A stretch of 25,926 bases of DNA, taken from positions 1-25,926 of the IMG/VR virus record IMGVR_UViG_3300017646_000010. The stretch is one strand, 5' to 3'. Under the pieces are notes generated by a model. That model saw only the letters and a list, made by a program, of their open reading frames with translations, had not been told where the DNA came from and searched no databases. The DNA comes from a virus (lineage: Duplodnaviria > Caudoviricetes). Positions 1-8,332 of the stretch are shown here, one piece after another; position 1 is the stretch's first letter, and each line of letters opens with the position of its first letter. Both the position numbers and the translations under genes were made by a program.

Positions 1-1
1 C

Positions 2-391
2 GAGTCCGCCCTGGCGCACGCGGAAGGACTCCCAGAAGAGACCTGTGTTCTCTTCGCAGTTGGCCCGGATGTGGGCCTCTTCGGCGTTCCCCTCGCGCAC
101 GCCTGCGAGCTTGCCCGCCTTAAACTCCACCTGCACCGTGCCGCTGAGATAGTCCTTGGCGACGTTGTATTCGCCGGCGATGAACTGATCGAGCAGCGTC
201 TTGATCTGCGTCGAGCTGAAGCGATTGTCCGGCGATGCCTGGTGGGTCCCCGTGAACATCGGCGCCGGCTCGCTGGCCGCAAACTCCGTCAGGTCCTGGT
301 AGTTATGCGCGGGCACGACGTCCGACAATTGCGTGATCGACACGCCGCCCGGGAGATAGATCGCATGCGGGTACCAGACGGTGTTCGTCAT
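2..391 (-). CDS. Phage structural protein, possibly tail tube (runs off the left edge)
   Basis: Not in the ORF track. ATG at 391 with GGAG RBS, open frame MTNTVWYPHAIYLPGGVSITQLSDVVP... to the edge. Function inferred from synteny only. Confidence 0.55.
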   Translation of the reverse strand, partial: MTNTVWYPHAIYLPGGVSITQLSDVVPAHNYQDLTEFAASEPAPMFTGTHQASPDNRFSSTQIKTLLDQFIAGEYNVAKDYLSGTVQVEFKAGKLAGVREGNAEEAHIRANCEENTGLFWESFRVRQGGL

Positions 392-403
392 TGCGCGCTC
401 CAA

Positions 404-904
404 TCAGGTTTTGTGGATTCGAGTCGCCCGCAACTCGCGCAGTTTCTGGTTGAAGGCCCGCTCCGCCCGATCGGTGACGAGCCGTTCATGGCGATCGCTC
501 ATCGCCGAGACTTCGCGGGCCAGGTTCGGGCGACCGGCCTTGTATCTGATCCCAAAGTACGAGGGGCCGATGAGCCAGACGATCGTCCGAGACGGCTGCG
601 CAGTGACGAGCTGTTTCCGCTTGGTGAGCGAGTCCCGCAGCAAACCGCTATGCACCAGGTCGACCAGCCCTCCGTCCTTCACCTTCCCGACCTTGGCCAG
701 CCGCTCCTTCCGCTTCTGCGTCCGCCGCGGCGCGTAGCCGAAGATGTGGCGGGCGCTCGGCAGAAAGTGTTCCGGCAGCAGCTCTTCGGACCAGTATTCG
801 CCGATCTCCTGGTGGGCCTGGCGACAGATCTCGTTGAGCTGCCGGCGGCGAATGTCGGGATATTCGTCGTGAAACGCCACGACGCGGATCGGCACGACGC
901 CCAT
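404..904 (-). CDS. Basic neck/tail-completion-like protein (166 aa)
   Basis: Coupled to the upstream gene, basic composition, position typical of tail completion genes. Confidence 0.55.
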   Translation of the reverse strand: MGVVPIRVVAFHDEYPDIRRRQLNEICRQAHQEIGEYWSEELLPEHFLPSARHIFGYAPRRTQKRKERLAKVGKVKDGGLVDLVHSGLLRDSLTKRKQLVTAQPSRTIVWLIGPSYFGIRYKAGRPNLAREVSAMSDRHERLVTDRAERAFNQKLRELRATRIHKT

Positions 905-1755
905 TACTGCTCGACCTCATAGCGGAAGAGATAGGTGCCGAGCCAGAAGTCGTCACCGTGCCGGTCGACGATGTTGGGCCGGAACGGCTCCTCCAGCATC
1001 TCGAACTTGTTGAACGGCCAGAGGGTGTCCCGGCCGACCAGCTCGGAGATCTCGTCGACGACGGCGGACATGTAGTCGGTGAACCGCAGGTACCCCTGCT
1101 TGTAGGACTCGTCGGACCGCGCCGCCATGATGAACTCGACCACCATCCCGCCGTCGTTCGCGAGCGTGTATTCGACCCCCTGCCCCACCTGCAGATAGGA
1201 GTGCATGCTCGCGTGTACGACGACGTACGGAGCGTTCTGCGAGACGAGGGTTTCGCCGTACTCGGCGTCCGCAGGCAGTTCCCGGCGTCCGAAGTAGATG
1301 TGATCGCGTTTCAGTCCGGCCGCGTCTTTGCCGGCCGCGGCCTGGAAGGTGGCCGAGCGACTGAGAAGCTCCTCGATGCCCGCCAGCGGCAGCGCGAGCG
1401 AGCCCGTCGGCTCCGCCGGCGACGCGGTCGTGCGAACGCCCGTAACCGGGGAAACGGCCTGGCCGTCGAGGACGCTCACGACATACGCGAGATAGATCCC
1501 TGGCGGCAGCGACAGGTCGACCGTGCCGTTTCCGGCGCGGCTGCCGCGGGCCGTCCAGGTGAGCGTCCCGACGCCGCCCCAGCTGGCCGTGTAGACGGTG
1601 TTCGTCGCTCCGGGCGTCGAACCGCTGATCGTCGCGACCGCTCCGCTGCCGTCGGCCTTGTCGACGAGGGCGAGCGTCGGCGACGCCGGCGGCGTGGTGG
1701 GCGTGCCGGACGTCGGTCCAAATTGCCGCAGAAGTGCTCCGACAATCCGCGTCAT
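904..1755 (-). CDS. Virion protein (283 aa): beta-rich N-terminal domain plus possible tail-terminator-like C-terminal domain
   Basis: ATGA coupling, Thr/Gly/Ser-rich N half, globular C half, synteny. Confidence 0.5.
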   Translation of the reverse strand: MTRIVGALLRQFGPTSGTPTTPPASPTLALVDKADGSGAVATISGSTPGATNTVYTASWGGVGTLTWTARGSRAGNGTVDLSLPPGIYLAYVVSVLDGQAVSPVTGVRTTASPAEPTGSLALPLAGIEELLSRSATFQAAAGKDAAGLKRDHIYFGRRELPADAEYGETLVSQNAPYVVVHASMHSYLQVGQGVEYTLANDGGMVVEFIMAARSDESYKQGYLRFTDYMSAVVDEISELVGRDTLWPFNKFEMLEEPFRPNIVDRHGDDFWLGTYLFRYEVEQ

Positions 1756-3053
1756 GTCTGCATCGCTCCGCCGATGACCGTGGTGGTGCTCGTGACGCCG
1801 CTACCCGCGACGTCGGTCAGAGCCTTACGGAAGAGTTCGGTGCCGACTCCGAGCCCGCCCGTGCCCCGTTCGATAAAGACGAGCTCCCAGGGACTCGTCC
1901 CGGTGTCGACGACAACGTCGGCCTCGACGACCTTGCGGATCTGGTCGAGGACCGTGCTGTTCGAGTCAATCTCGGCGCGGATGTCAGCGGCCGACGGGTT
2001 GCTCGTCGGGATGGCGGCGACGCCTAGCGCGATGGCCCCCAGGGCGGTGCTGTGGGCGTCGATCTCCTGGCGGATTTGCTCGGCCGACGGTTGGGCACCG
2101 ATCAGCGACTGCAGCGCGGCGTTACCGTTCGTTTCATCGCTGACGACTGCGTACGCGTCGCCCGATTGCGGTTGGTGCGTTCCGGCCGCGAGAGTGCCGA
2201 CAATCCGGCTCAGCAGCGTGTGTAGGTTGCCGCCGTTGCGTTCCAGGTCGGCGCGGATCGCGGCGACCAGCGCGACCTCGTCGACGTTCTGGTTGCCGAT
2301 CGCTCCGACGATGGCATTGATCAGCATCTGCGAATCGCCTTCGTCGAGCAGGTGCGACTCCACCGCCACCGCGACCGCCTCGCGCTCGTCGTCCGCCAGC
2401 TGCACCTTATGGCCGAATGCAGTCAGCGTGCGCGTGGTGGCCGACCAGACGGCCGTGGCGACGTCGGCGACCAGGCTGCCGAAGCTGGTGAGCGTGCGAG
2501 AGCTTGTCGACCAAACGGCATCGAGGGCGCCGGAAGCGAACGTGGAGGACGCAATTGCCCCGTTGGCGATGTCCCCCGAGGCGATCGTGGCCGCGATCTT
2601 ACCTCCTGACAGGCTGACCTGCCCTGTGCCGGTGCCCGGCGACAACAGCACGCTCGCCCCAATGTCCCGGCCAGTTTGAGCCGTATCGGCGATGTGAGTG
2701 ACGTTCACGTCGAAGCGGTCGCTTCCCAGCACGACCGAGTCGTAGACCATCGCCGGCACTACAAGGAACTCACGGCGCACGGGCAGCGCTCCCGGAACGT
2801 GGACGTTGATCTCGAGCTTGCCCAGCGTATTGGTGTCGGTCGAATCGAGCACGGCGTGAAAGCGCCCGCCCGCGACATGCGTAGCTCCGCCGCTGTTCTT
2901 GCTTACCTCGGACGACGCCCCTTCCTTCCAGAGCTTGATGTCCGTGTTGGCGATGGTCAGCCCGGTTTCGGGTGTTTTGCCGTCGGTATCATCGACGAAC
3001 GTGCCCAGGAGGATTTCCTGCGAGTCCGTCGCATGTCGTAGCCACATGCACAT
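1752..3053 (-). CDS. Virion structural/fibre-like protein (433 aa)
   Basis: Gly/Ala/Thr-rich with internal repeats (AVWSTSSRTLTSFG / AVWSATTRTLTAFG; PSAEQIRQEIDAHST / PSAADIRAEIDSNST). Confidence 0.6.
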   Translation of the reverse strand: MCMWLRHATDSQEILLGTFVDDTDGKTPETGLTIANTDIKLWKEGASSEVSKNSGGATHVAGGRFHAVLDSTDTNTLGKLEINVHVPGALPVRREFLVVPAMVYDSVVLGSDRFDVNVTHIADTAQTGRDIGASVLLSPGTGTGQVSLSGGKIAATIASGDIANGAIASSTFASGALDAVWSTSSRTLTSFGSLVADVATAVWSATTRTLTAFGHKVQLADDEREAVAVAVESHLLDEGDSQMLINAIVGAIGNQNVDEVALVAAIRADLERNGGNLHTLLSRIVGTLAAGTHQPQSGDAYAVVSDETNGNAALQSLIGAQPSAEQIRQEIDAHSTALGAIALGVAAIPTSNPSAADIRAEIDSNSTVLDQIRKVVEADVVVDTGTSPWELVFIERGTGGLGVGTELFRKALTDVAGSGVTSTTTVIGGAMQT

Positions 3054-3670
3054 TATCGAAATCCCTGCTGCCTGTAATGATGGGCGAACACAGCGAGCGG
3101 CGGGCCTCCGGCGGTGTAGTCGATTACCAGCTTCGGGGCGGATATCTCGTACTGCGAAGTAATGATGTACTGGTTGGTGCTAGTCGCGCGAGACCGCATG
3201 AATACGCCAATGGCGTTGCCAGCGGCGAATCCTGCGCGATTCACAACAGCTTGGACTGCCGCAGTAATGTTCAGGTTGTACACGCCAGTCGTGTATGCCA
3301 CCGAAAGGTCAACGGGGCTCGTCAACGCCCGATTGTTCGCGTCAGACGCGCTTGTCGGCATAGTCGGATTGTCCGCGTCTTCGCAGTGAATCCGAATTGG
3401 GACTGGCCCCGGCGTTGATCCGTTGCCCGCGCCGGAGTTGTTGAGCTCCAGGATCGCGGAATTTATCGTCGCGCCTTGTGGCACCGTAACGCCGGTGAAT
3501 AGCATCCAGCCGCCAAAATTGCTCTCGCTGGAGGGGCCGAGACCAACTATCATGCGGTTGTTGAAGCCACCAGCCGCGGCTCCCCAGCCCCCGACGCCAC
3601 CCAGCAACGAGAACTCTGCGAGTCGCTCGTCATTTCCTGCGGCTGTGATCGGGAAGGTGCTTACCGGCAT
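3053..3670 (-). CDS. Virion beta-sandwich protein, DNRLRE-like putative carbohydrate-binding domain (205 aa)
   Basis: Motifs FTGVTVPQGATINSAILEL, NITAAVQAVVNR and APKLVIDY resemble this domain family. Confidence 0.55.
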   Translation of the reverse strand: MPVSTFPITAAGNDERLAEFSLLGGVGGWGAAAGGFNNRMIVGLGPSSESNFGGWMLFTGVTVPQGATINSAILELNNSGAGNGSTPGPVPIRIHCEDADNPTMPTSASDANNRALTSPVDLSVAYTTGVYNLNITAAVQAVVNRAGFAAGNAIGVFMRSRATSTNQYIITSQYEISAPKLVIDYTAGGPPLAVFAHHYRQQGFR

Positions 3671-3673
3671 CGC

Positions 3674-3964
3674 CTACGCGCTCACGATGAAGTGGTTGTC
3701 AATCGCCAATTCCACGACGGTCTTTAGCGTCTCGTCGTCGATCCCGGATCCGTGCGTGATGAAGTCGTCATTGTTAACCAGGTGCCACGACACCTGATCG
3801 CCGATCGTCTGTGGTTCACGAATCGCGCCACGAGCCCACGTCTTCTGGTCCTCGGTCGCCTCTACGTTGCCGAGCAGGTAGAGGGCATAATTCGCCGCCG
3901 CCAACGTGCAGCGATCGACGACCAACTTTCGCACTGCGTGCCGGTCTGCCAGGTTTAGTCCCAT
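3674..3964 (-). CDS. Hypothetical phage protein (96 aa)
   Basis: GAGG RBS, natural-looking helical protein in the operon. Confidence 0.7.
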   Translation of the reverse strand: MGLNLADRHAVRKLVVDRCTLAAANYALYLLGNVEATEDQKTWARGAIREPQTIGDQVSWHLVNNDDFITHGSGIDDETLKTVVELAIDNHFIVSA

Positions 3965-3991
3965 TAGCTCGCCCCTCTGTTGATGGTCTGT

Positions 3992-4402
3992 CTATCTCCC
4001 ACCTTGTGCGACGCGCGTTGCGCGTTGAAAGATGTAGATCGCGTGCTGGTCCCCCTCGTATTTCACGGCGGCGAAAGCGAACGGCCGCCGGTCGCTGTCG
4101 CGCTCGGGCGAGCGATGCAGCAGCGAGCCGGCTCTTGGCCGCTCCGGCAGCGAGCCTTCGTAGTTCGGATCTCGGCTGACGCAGACCTCGATCCGTTCGA
4201 ACTCGTCGACCGTGCCGTCGGACTTCATGCCGACGCTGAGCGTCCCCGCCCGGGCGCTCGTGTCCTGGCTGTGCGAGATCATGGCCCGGATCGTCTTGGG
4301 CGGCTGATTCGTTGCGAGGCGGTACTCGCAATCCTCGGCGAAGAAGTCGGTGCTGAGGACCGTGGCCTGATAGATCGATTGTCGCAGCTCGGCGAAGGTC
4401 AT
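3992..4402 (-). CDS. Head-tail joining (gpFII-like/head closure) protein (136 aa)
   Basis: Start re-assigned to ATG 4402 (MTFAELRQ...TDFFAEDCEY). Size, motif and position after the capsid genes fit. Confidence 0.6.
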   Translation of the reverse strand: MTFAELRQSIYQATVLSTDFFAEDCEYRLATNQPPKTIRAMISHSQDTSARAGTLSVGMKSDGTVDEFERIEVCVSRDPNYEGSLPERPRAGSLLHRSPERDSDRRPFAFAAVKYEGDQHAIYIFQRATRVAQGGR

Positions 4403-4406
4403 CGCG

Positions 4407-4649
4407 TTACGACGCAAGGCCTTCGCGGGCGATCGCCGCATTGGCCCAGAACATCGCCTCCTGGAATTTCTTGATCGCCTCCGCCTGCTCGGGACCGCTC
4501 GGCGTCAGCTGCAGGACGTTGATCGCGGCGTGCTTGCAGACCGCTCGGACCGCTTCGTGCCGCTTCGCCTTGTCGCCGGCCGGGGCGTGATGGTTGAAGA
4601 TCACGTCCAGGCGGCGGCGGGTTTCCGGGGAAATCCTTTGCTGGGCCAT
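4407..4649 (-). CDS. Acb2/Tad1-like helical-hairpin protein, candidate cyclic-nucleotide sponge (80 aa)
   Basis: The true ORF is the last 80 codons of the 319-aa track ORF. FNHHAP...RHEAVR...TPSGPEQAEAIKKFQEAMFWANAAIAR matches the remembered FTYHxP...P.SRE.SLA.TKLEEA.MWANAAIAR phage family. Confidence 0.7.
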   Translation of the reverse strand: MAQQRISPETRRRLDVIFNHHAPAGDKAKRHEAVRAVCKHAAINVLQLTPSGPEQAEAIKKFQEAMFWANAAIAREGLAS

Positions 4650-4672
4650 GACAGGACTCGCCGTATTCGGTT

Positions 4673-4713
4673 GGGGGCGGCGCGGCCTCCGAAACCCAAA
4701 CCACGCCGCCCCC
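4673..4713 (-). terminator. Strong intergenic stem-loop (mRNA stabiliser or partial terminator)
   Basis: GGGGGCGGCG...CGCCGCCCCC inverted repeat, extended by G-U pairs on the minus strand. No U-tract. Confidence 0.45.
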
Positions 4714-4741
4714 GCTGGGCATCTGCTGAGTGCGGAACCGC

Positions 4742-5443
4742 TTACGTCGGCAGGCGATACTCGACGCTCACCTCGAGCAGCGACAGCACCGGCGCGTCGG
4801 CTCCGCTCGCCTTCTGCACGCGGGCAAACGGCTGCAGGTTCCCCGAGTAGGCCGACATGTCGAAGTTGACGTTCCGGCCGATGGCGCGGAGCCGACCGTT
4901 CGCGTCGCCGGCGAAGAACCGGACGTCCGCCTTGCCGCCGAGCGACGGCGACGGCGGCGACTGCGTCTTGGTGCCGACCGAGAAGTCGATCACCAGCCGC
5001 TTGTAAGTCGAGCCGAGCGTCTCGCCGGTCGCCTTGTCGTCGAGGTCGGTCGAGCCGTCGTCGGTCTCGAGGAGCAGGTTGTTGTTCCCCTCCAGGCGGA
5101 ACATGGCGTTCTGGGCGATGCTGTCGAGCGTCGCGTTCGTGGCCGAGATCAGGCCAAGGGCGGCGATCGTGTTCGCGCCGACGCCGGTGATCTTGGCGAT
5201 GAACTCGACGCGCACCAGGTCGTCGATGTCGTAGGGGAGGATGTCCCCCATGTAGAGTTGGGCCGATTCGGCCTCGCTGTTGACCGCGAGCGACAGGTCC
5301 ATCGAGCCCCCCGAGGCGGAGGCGACGGACGGCGAGCCGTCGGTCTTCACGATCAGGCTGCACCACGCACCCTGGCGGCTGCCGACAACCGGCGGCGCGT
5401 ACGCGCCGCGGAAATTAAAGCGGTCGATGCGGGTTTGAATCAT
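4742..5443 (-). CDS. Probable capsid decoration/cement protein (233 aa)
   Basis: Beta-rich, second gene after the major capsid, GGAG RBS. Function from synteny. Confidence 0.5.
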   Translation of the reverse strand: MIQTRIDRFNFRGAYAPPVVGSRQGAWCSLIVKTDGSPSVASASGGSMDLSLAVNSEAESAQLYMGDILPYDIDDLVRVEFIAKITGVGANTIAALGLISATNATLDSIAQNAMFRLEGNNNLLLETDDGSTDLDDKATGETLGSTYKRLVIDFSVGTKTQSPPSPSLGGKADVRFFAGDANGRLRAIGRNVNFDMSAYSGNLQPFARVQKASGADAPVLSLLEVSVEYRLPT

Positions 5444-5446
5444 GGT

Positions 5447-5668
5447 CTACTGCTCCGAGATTGGCGGAGTGTGGGCGTCCGAGGTAGGTGGGTCCTGCGC
5501 CGCTTCGGCCACCGGAGTCTTCTTCAGTTTCGCGGTCGCCATCGCGTACTTGAGCATCCGCCGTCGCAGGACCTGGTCCGCCGACGGATCGAAGGTGACC
5601 TCAAACAACGGGGCACCGAGGACGCTCGTGAACGTCAGTTGGTCGGGTACCTCGCGCATCTCACTCAC
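5447..5668 (-). CDS. Hypothetical protein (73 aa)
   Basis: Fills the gap between the capsid gene and the next gene, GTG start. Confidence 0.4.
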   Translation of the reverse strand: MSEMREVPDQLTFTSVLGAPLFEVTFDPSADQVLRRRMLKYAMATAKLKKTPVAEAAQDPPTSDAHTPPISEQ

Positions 5669-5680
5669 CTAGTTGATGCT

Positions 5681-5705
5681 GGGGAGCCTGGCTCCCAGGC
5701 TCCCC
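5681..5705. terminator. Perfect 11-bp stem-loop downstream of the capsid gene
   Basis: GGGGAGCCTGG-CTC-CCAGGCTCCCC. No minus-strand U-tract, so probably protects the 3' end of the capsid mRNA. Confidence 0.5.
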
Positions 5706-5743
5706 GTTTCCGTTTATCGAAACCGCCGGCTAACGCCGTCGGA

Positions 5744-8332
5744 TTAGCTCTCGCCCTTGTTGCGGACGATGTAGCGCCAGTTCCGCACCGCAGCGCCGAC
5801 GCGGCCTTCGAGCTCGAAGTTGACGCTCTTGGTTGCCGGGTCGTACCACCGCTGCCGACGGCCGTTGCGGCCCCAGCCGCGGAAGTAAGCCCGCATGACC
5901 GCGGCCCGGAACTTCGGATCGACCAGGCCGTACCACTTCACGCTCGAGGCCGCCTGCAACTGCGGCTCGACGACGAGCTTCACGTCGCCGCGGTAGACGT
6001 TGATGTTGTCGTCGGTTGTGGCTTGCTTCGATTCGGGCAAGCCGATCAGGAACGTCTGGCGGCCCTTCCGTTTCCACTTCGGCGGGACCAGAGCGACCGA
6101 CAGCGGCGTGTCGACGTAGCCGTTGCCGCCGACGCCGGTCATCGAGGCGATCTTCAGCTCCATCGCCTCCCACTGATCGTCATCCGGGCCGCCGCCCGCC
6201 GACGTGATGTCGTTGTGGTGGTTCGTGTCGTCGAACAGGTTGAACCCGTCGAGCAGCAGCACGTTGCCGGTGAGCAGCCGCAAGCAGAGGCGATTCACGG
6301 TGTTCTCCCAGGCGGTGCCGAGACCGATCAGCCCTTCGCTGAAGGCTTGCAGGTCGTCGTTCGCGGCCATCGTCGGCGTCAGCCGGAACATGTTCGAGTA
6401 GCGGCTGAGGACCATCATGCTGACGAGCTCTTCCGCCAGGCCGACCTCCTTGCTCGCCTCGTCGTCGAGGATCTCGTCGAGCTCGTCGACCTCGCTCTTC
6501 GCCACGACCGTCGCCGGCTTGAAGTCGGGCAAGTCGCCGGCCCAGACGCCGGTCCATTCGGCGTAGCTGGTGTTGGCCAGCGGGATCGCGTCGTCGAGCA
6601 GCTTGTTGGCCAGGTTGCTCAGCAGGTTCGGGAAGCTGCCGGGGCGGTTCACCGCGCCCCCTTCGGCCCGGATCGTTTCCCGGGACAGGCCGTCCATCTG
6701 GAACGCCTGCTCCATGATTTCCTCGGCCGGCGCGTACTCGTCGACGCGTTGGTTCGCGGCGCGCAAGCATTGGATCGCGTGCGTGAGCAGCGGCGCCCGC
6801 GACAACCGGAGGACGTCATTGGACCGCTCGGCCGGCGTGACGCGCTCGGCAATCGCGCCACCCATGCGCATCCGAATGGCCGACACCGCGTCGGCGACGT
6901 ACCTCTGGATCCCTTCCTGGCCGACGTTGACCGAGCCCGCCGGCGAGACCGGCTGCTCGCTCATCGCCTTCGCGTCGACCCACTGCTCGAGGATCTGGGC
7001 GGCGGGCGCCGGCGAGGCGATCGCGGCGTCGATCTGCTCCTGGCTCACGCCGAGCAGTCGGCCGCGGGCCGTGAGCTGCTGCACTCGTTCCAGCTCCGCG
7101 CGTGCCCCCGCCTGGCGGGCCGCTTCGATCTCCTGCTGGCTCGGCTGCTGCCCGGTCGGGGCGGCCCCACTGCCGCCGCCGGCGGGAGCCGTGGCGATCG
7201 TGTGCGCGCTGGGCGGAGTAACCGCGGCCGAGGCCATGATGGCGGCGACCTGGTCGTCGATCGACTCGGGCCGGCTTCCCCCGCGGCCGGCGAAGAAAGC
7301 ATTGAGCGCCGCGTCGTACTCACCTTGGCTGGGCTCAAACGTCGCCAACAGCCCACGGGCGACTAGTGCCGCAATGAGACGCTTGTTCATCGAGTTCTCC
7401 CTGGTAGAGGGCTCGCTGGCCCCCGTGGTACCTGGCTTTGCCGCCACACCGCCGGCGGACGAGGCGTTTTCGGAGGGTTGTCGGTCTTCGACCGCTGCCG
7501 TCTGAGTAGAACCGGAGATCTGCGTGAGTAGCGCGTCCCAGTCTCCGACAGCGTCGATCATGCCCAGCGTTTTCGCTTCCTCGGCGATGAACACGGCCCC
7601 TTGGCCGTACTTCGCCCGCACCTCGGCGACCGTCACGCCGCGTCCCTCGGCCACCGCCTGGTCGAACTGCGTGCCGTAATCGGTGACCATCTTCTGCAGG
7701 GTCGCCCGGTGCTTGGGGCTCATCTTCTCGTAAGGATTGCCGGCCCCCTTGTTCTCGCCGTGCGTGATCACGTTCACGCCGATGCCTGCCTCTTGCAGCA
7801 TGTCGGCGTATTCGATGAACGTGGCGATACAGCCGACCGATCCGATCATGCTGCTCGGCGTGGCGACGATCGGATGGCAGGCGCTCGCCAGGTACAGGCC
7901 GGCCGAACAGCACTGGCCGCGGACGAAGGCGGCGATCGGCTTCTTTTCCCGGTAGGCGCGGATCGCCTGCCACAGTTCCTGATTGCCGAGAGCTGTCCCG
8001 CCGGGCGTGTCGAACCAGAGGGCGATCGACTTCACCTTGTCGTCGGCGATGGTTTGTTGAATCATCCGCTCGACGGTCTGCGTCGAGGTCCCGCCGTACC
8101 AGCGGGTGATGTAGTTTTCGGTGGACTGCAGGATGCCGACGACCGGAATCACGGCCGTTCCCCCGACGAGCTGCAGTCGCTTCGGAGCTTCGTCGTCGGT
8201 CGTGAAGCTGGCGCGCACGCGTCCGGCGCGGGAGAACTCGAGCAGCTCGTGAAAAGCCTCCGGTCGGATGGCCCAGATCTGCTGTTTGCCGATGGTTGCC
8301 CGAAGTCGCCTTAGCGCTGCTCGCTTCTTCAT
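5744..8332 (-). CDS. Fused S49 head maturation protease - scaffold - major capsid protein (862 aa)
   Basis: Start at ATG 8332 overlapping the portal stop, GAGG RBS. S49 motifs DTPGG, CCSAGLYLAS, GSVG. C-terminal Mu gpT-like capsid motifs SFPNLLSNLANKLL, ANDDLQAF, LVPP, VVEPQL. Confidence 0.88.
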   Translation of the reverse strand: MKKRAALRRLRATIGKQQIWAIRPEAFHELLEFSRAGRVRASFTTDDEAPKRLQLVGGTAVIPVVGILQSTENYITRWYGGTSTQTVERMIQQTIADDKVKSIALWFDTPGGTALGNQELWQAIRAYREKKPIAAFVRGQCCSAGLYLASACHPIVATPSSMIGSVGCIATFIEYADMLQEAGIGVNVITHGENKGAGNPYEKMSPKHRATLQKMVTDYGTQFDQAVAEGRGVTVAEVRAKYGQGAVFIAEEAKTLGMIDAVGDWDALLTQISGSTQTAAVEDRQPSENASSAGGVAAKPGTTGASEPSTRENSMNKRLIAALVARGLLATFEPSQGEYDAALNAFFAGRGGSRPESIDDQVAAIMASAAVTPPSAHTIATAPAGGGSGAAPTGQQPSQQEIEAARQAGARAELERVQQLTARGRLLGVSQEQIDAAIASPAPAAQILEQWVDAKAMSEQPVSPAGSVNVGQEGIQRYVADAVSAIRMRMGGAIAERVTPAERSNDVLRLSRAPLLTHAIQCLRAANQRVDEYAPAEEIMEQAFQMDGLSRETIRAEGGAVNRPGSFPNLLSNLANKLLDDAIPLANTSYAEWTGVWAGDLPDFKPATVVAKSEVDELDEILDDEASKEVGLAEELVSMMVLSRYSNMFRLTPTMAANDDLQAFSEGLIGLGTAWENTVNRLCLRLLTGNVLLLDGFNLFDDTNHHNDITSAGGGPDDDQWEAMELKIASMTGVGGNGYVDTPLSVALVPPKWKRKGRQTFLIGLPESKQATTDDNINVYRGDVKLVVEPQLQAASSVKWYGLVDPKFRAAVMRAYFRGWGRNGRRQRWYDPATKSVNFELEGRVGAAVRNWRYIVRNKGES

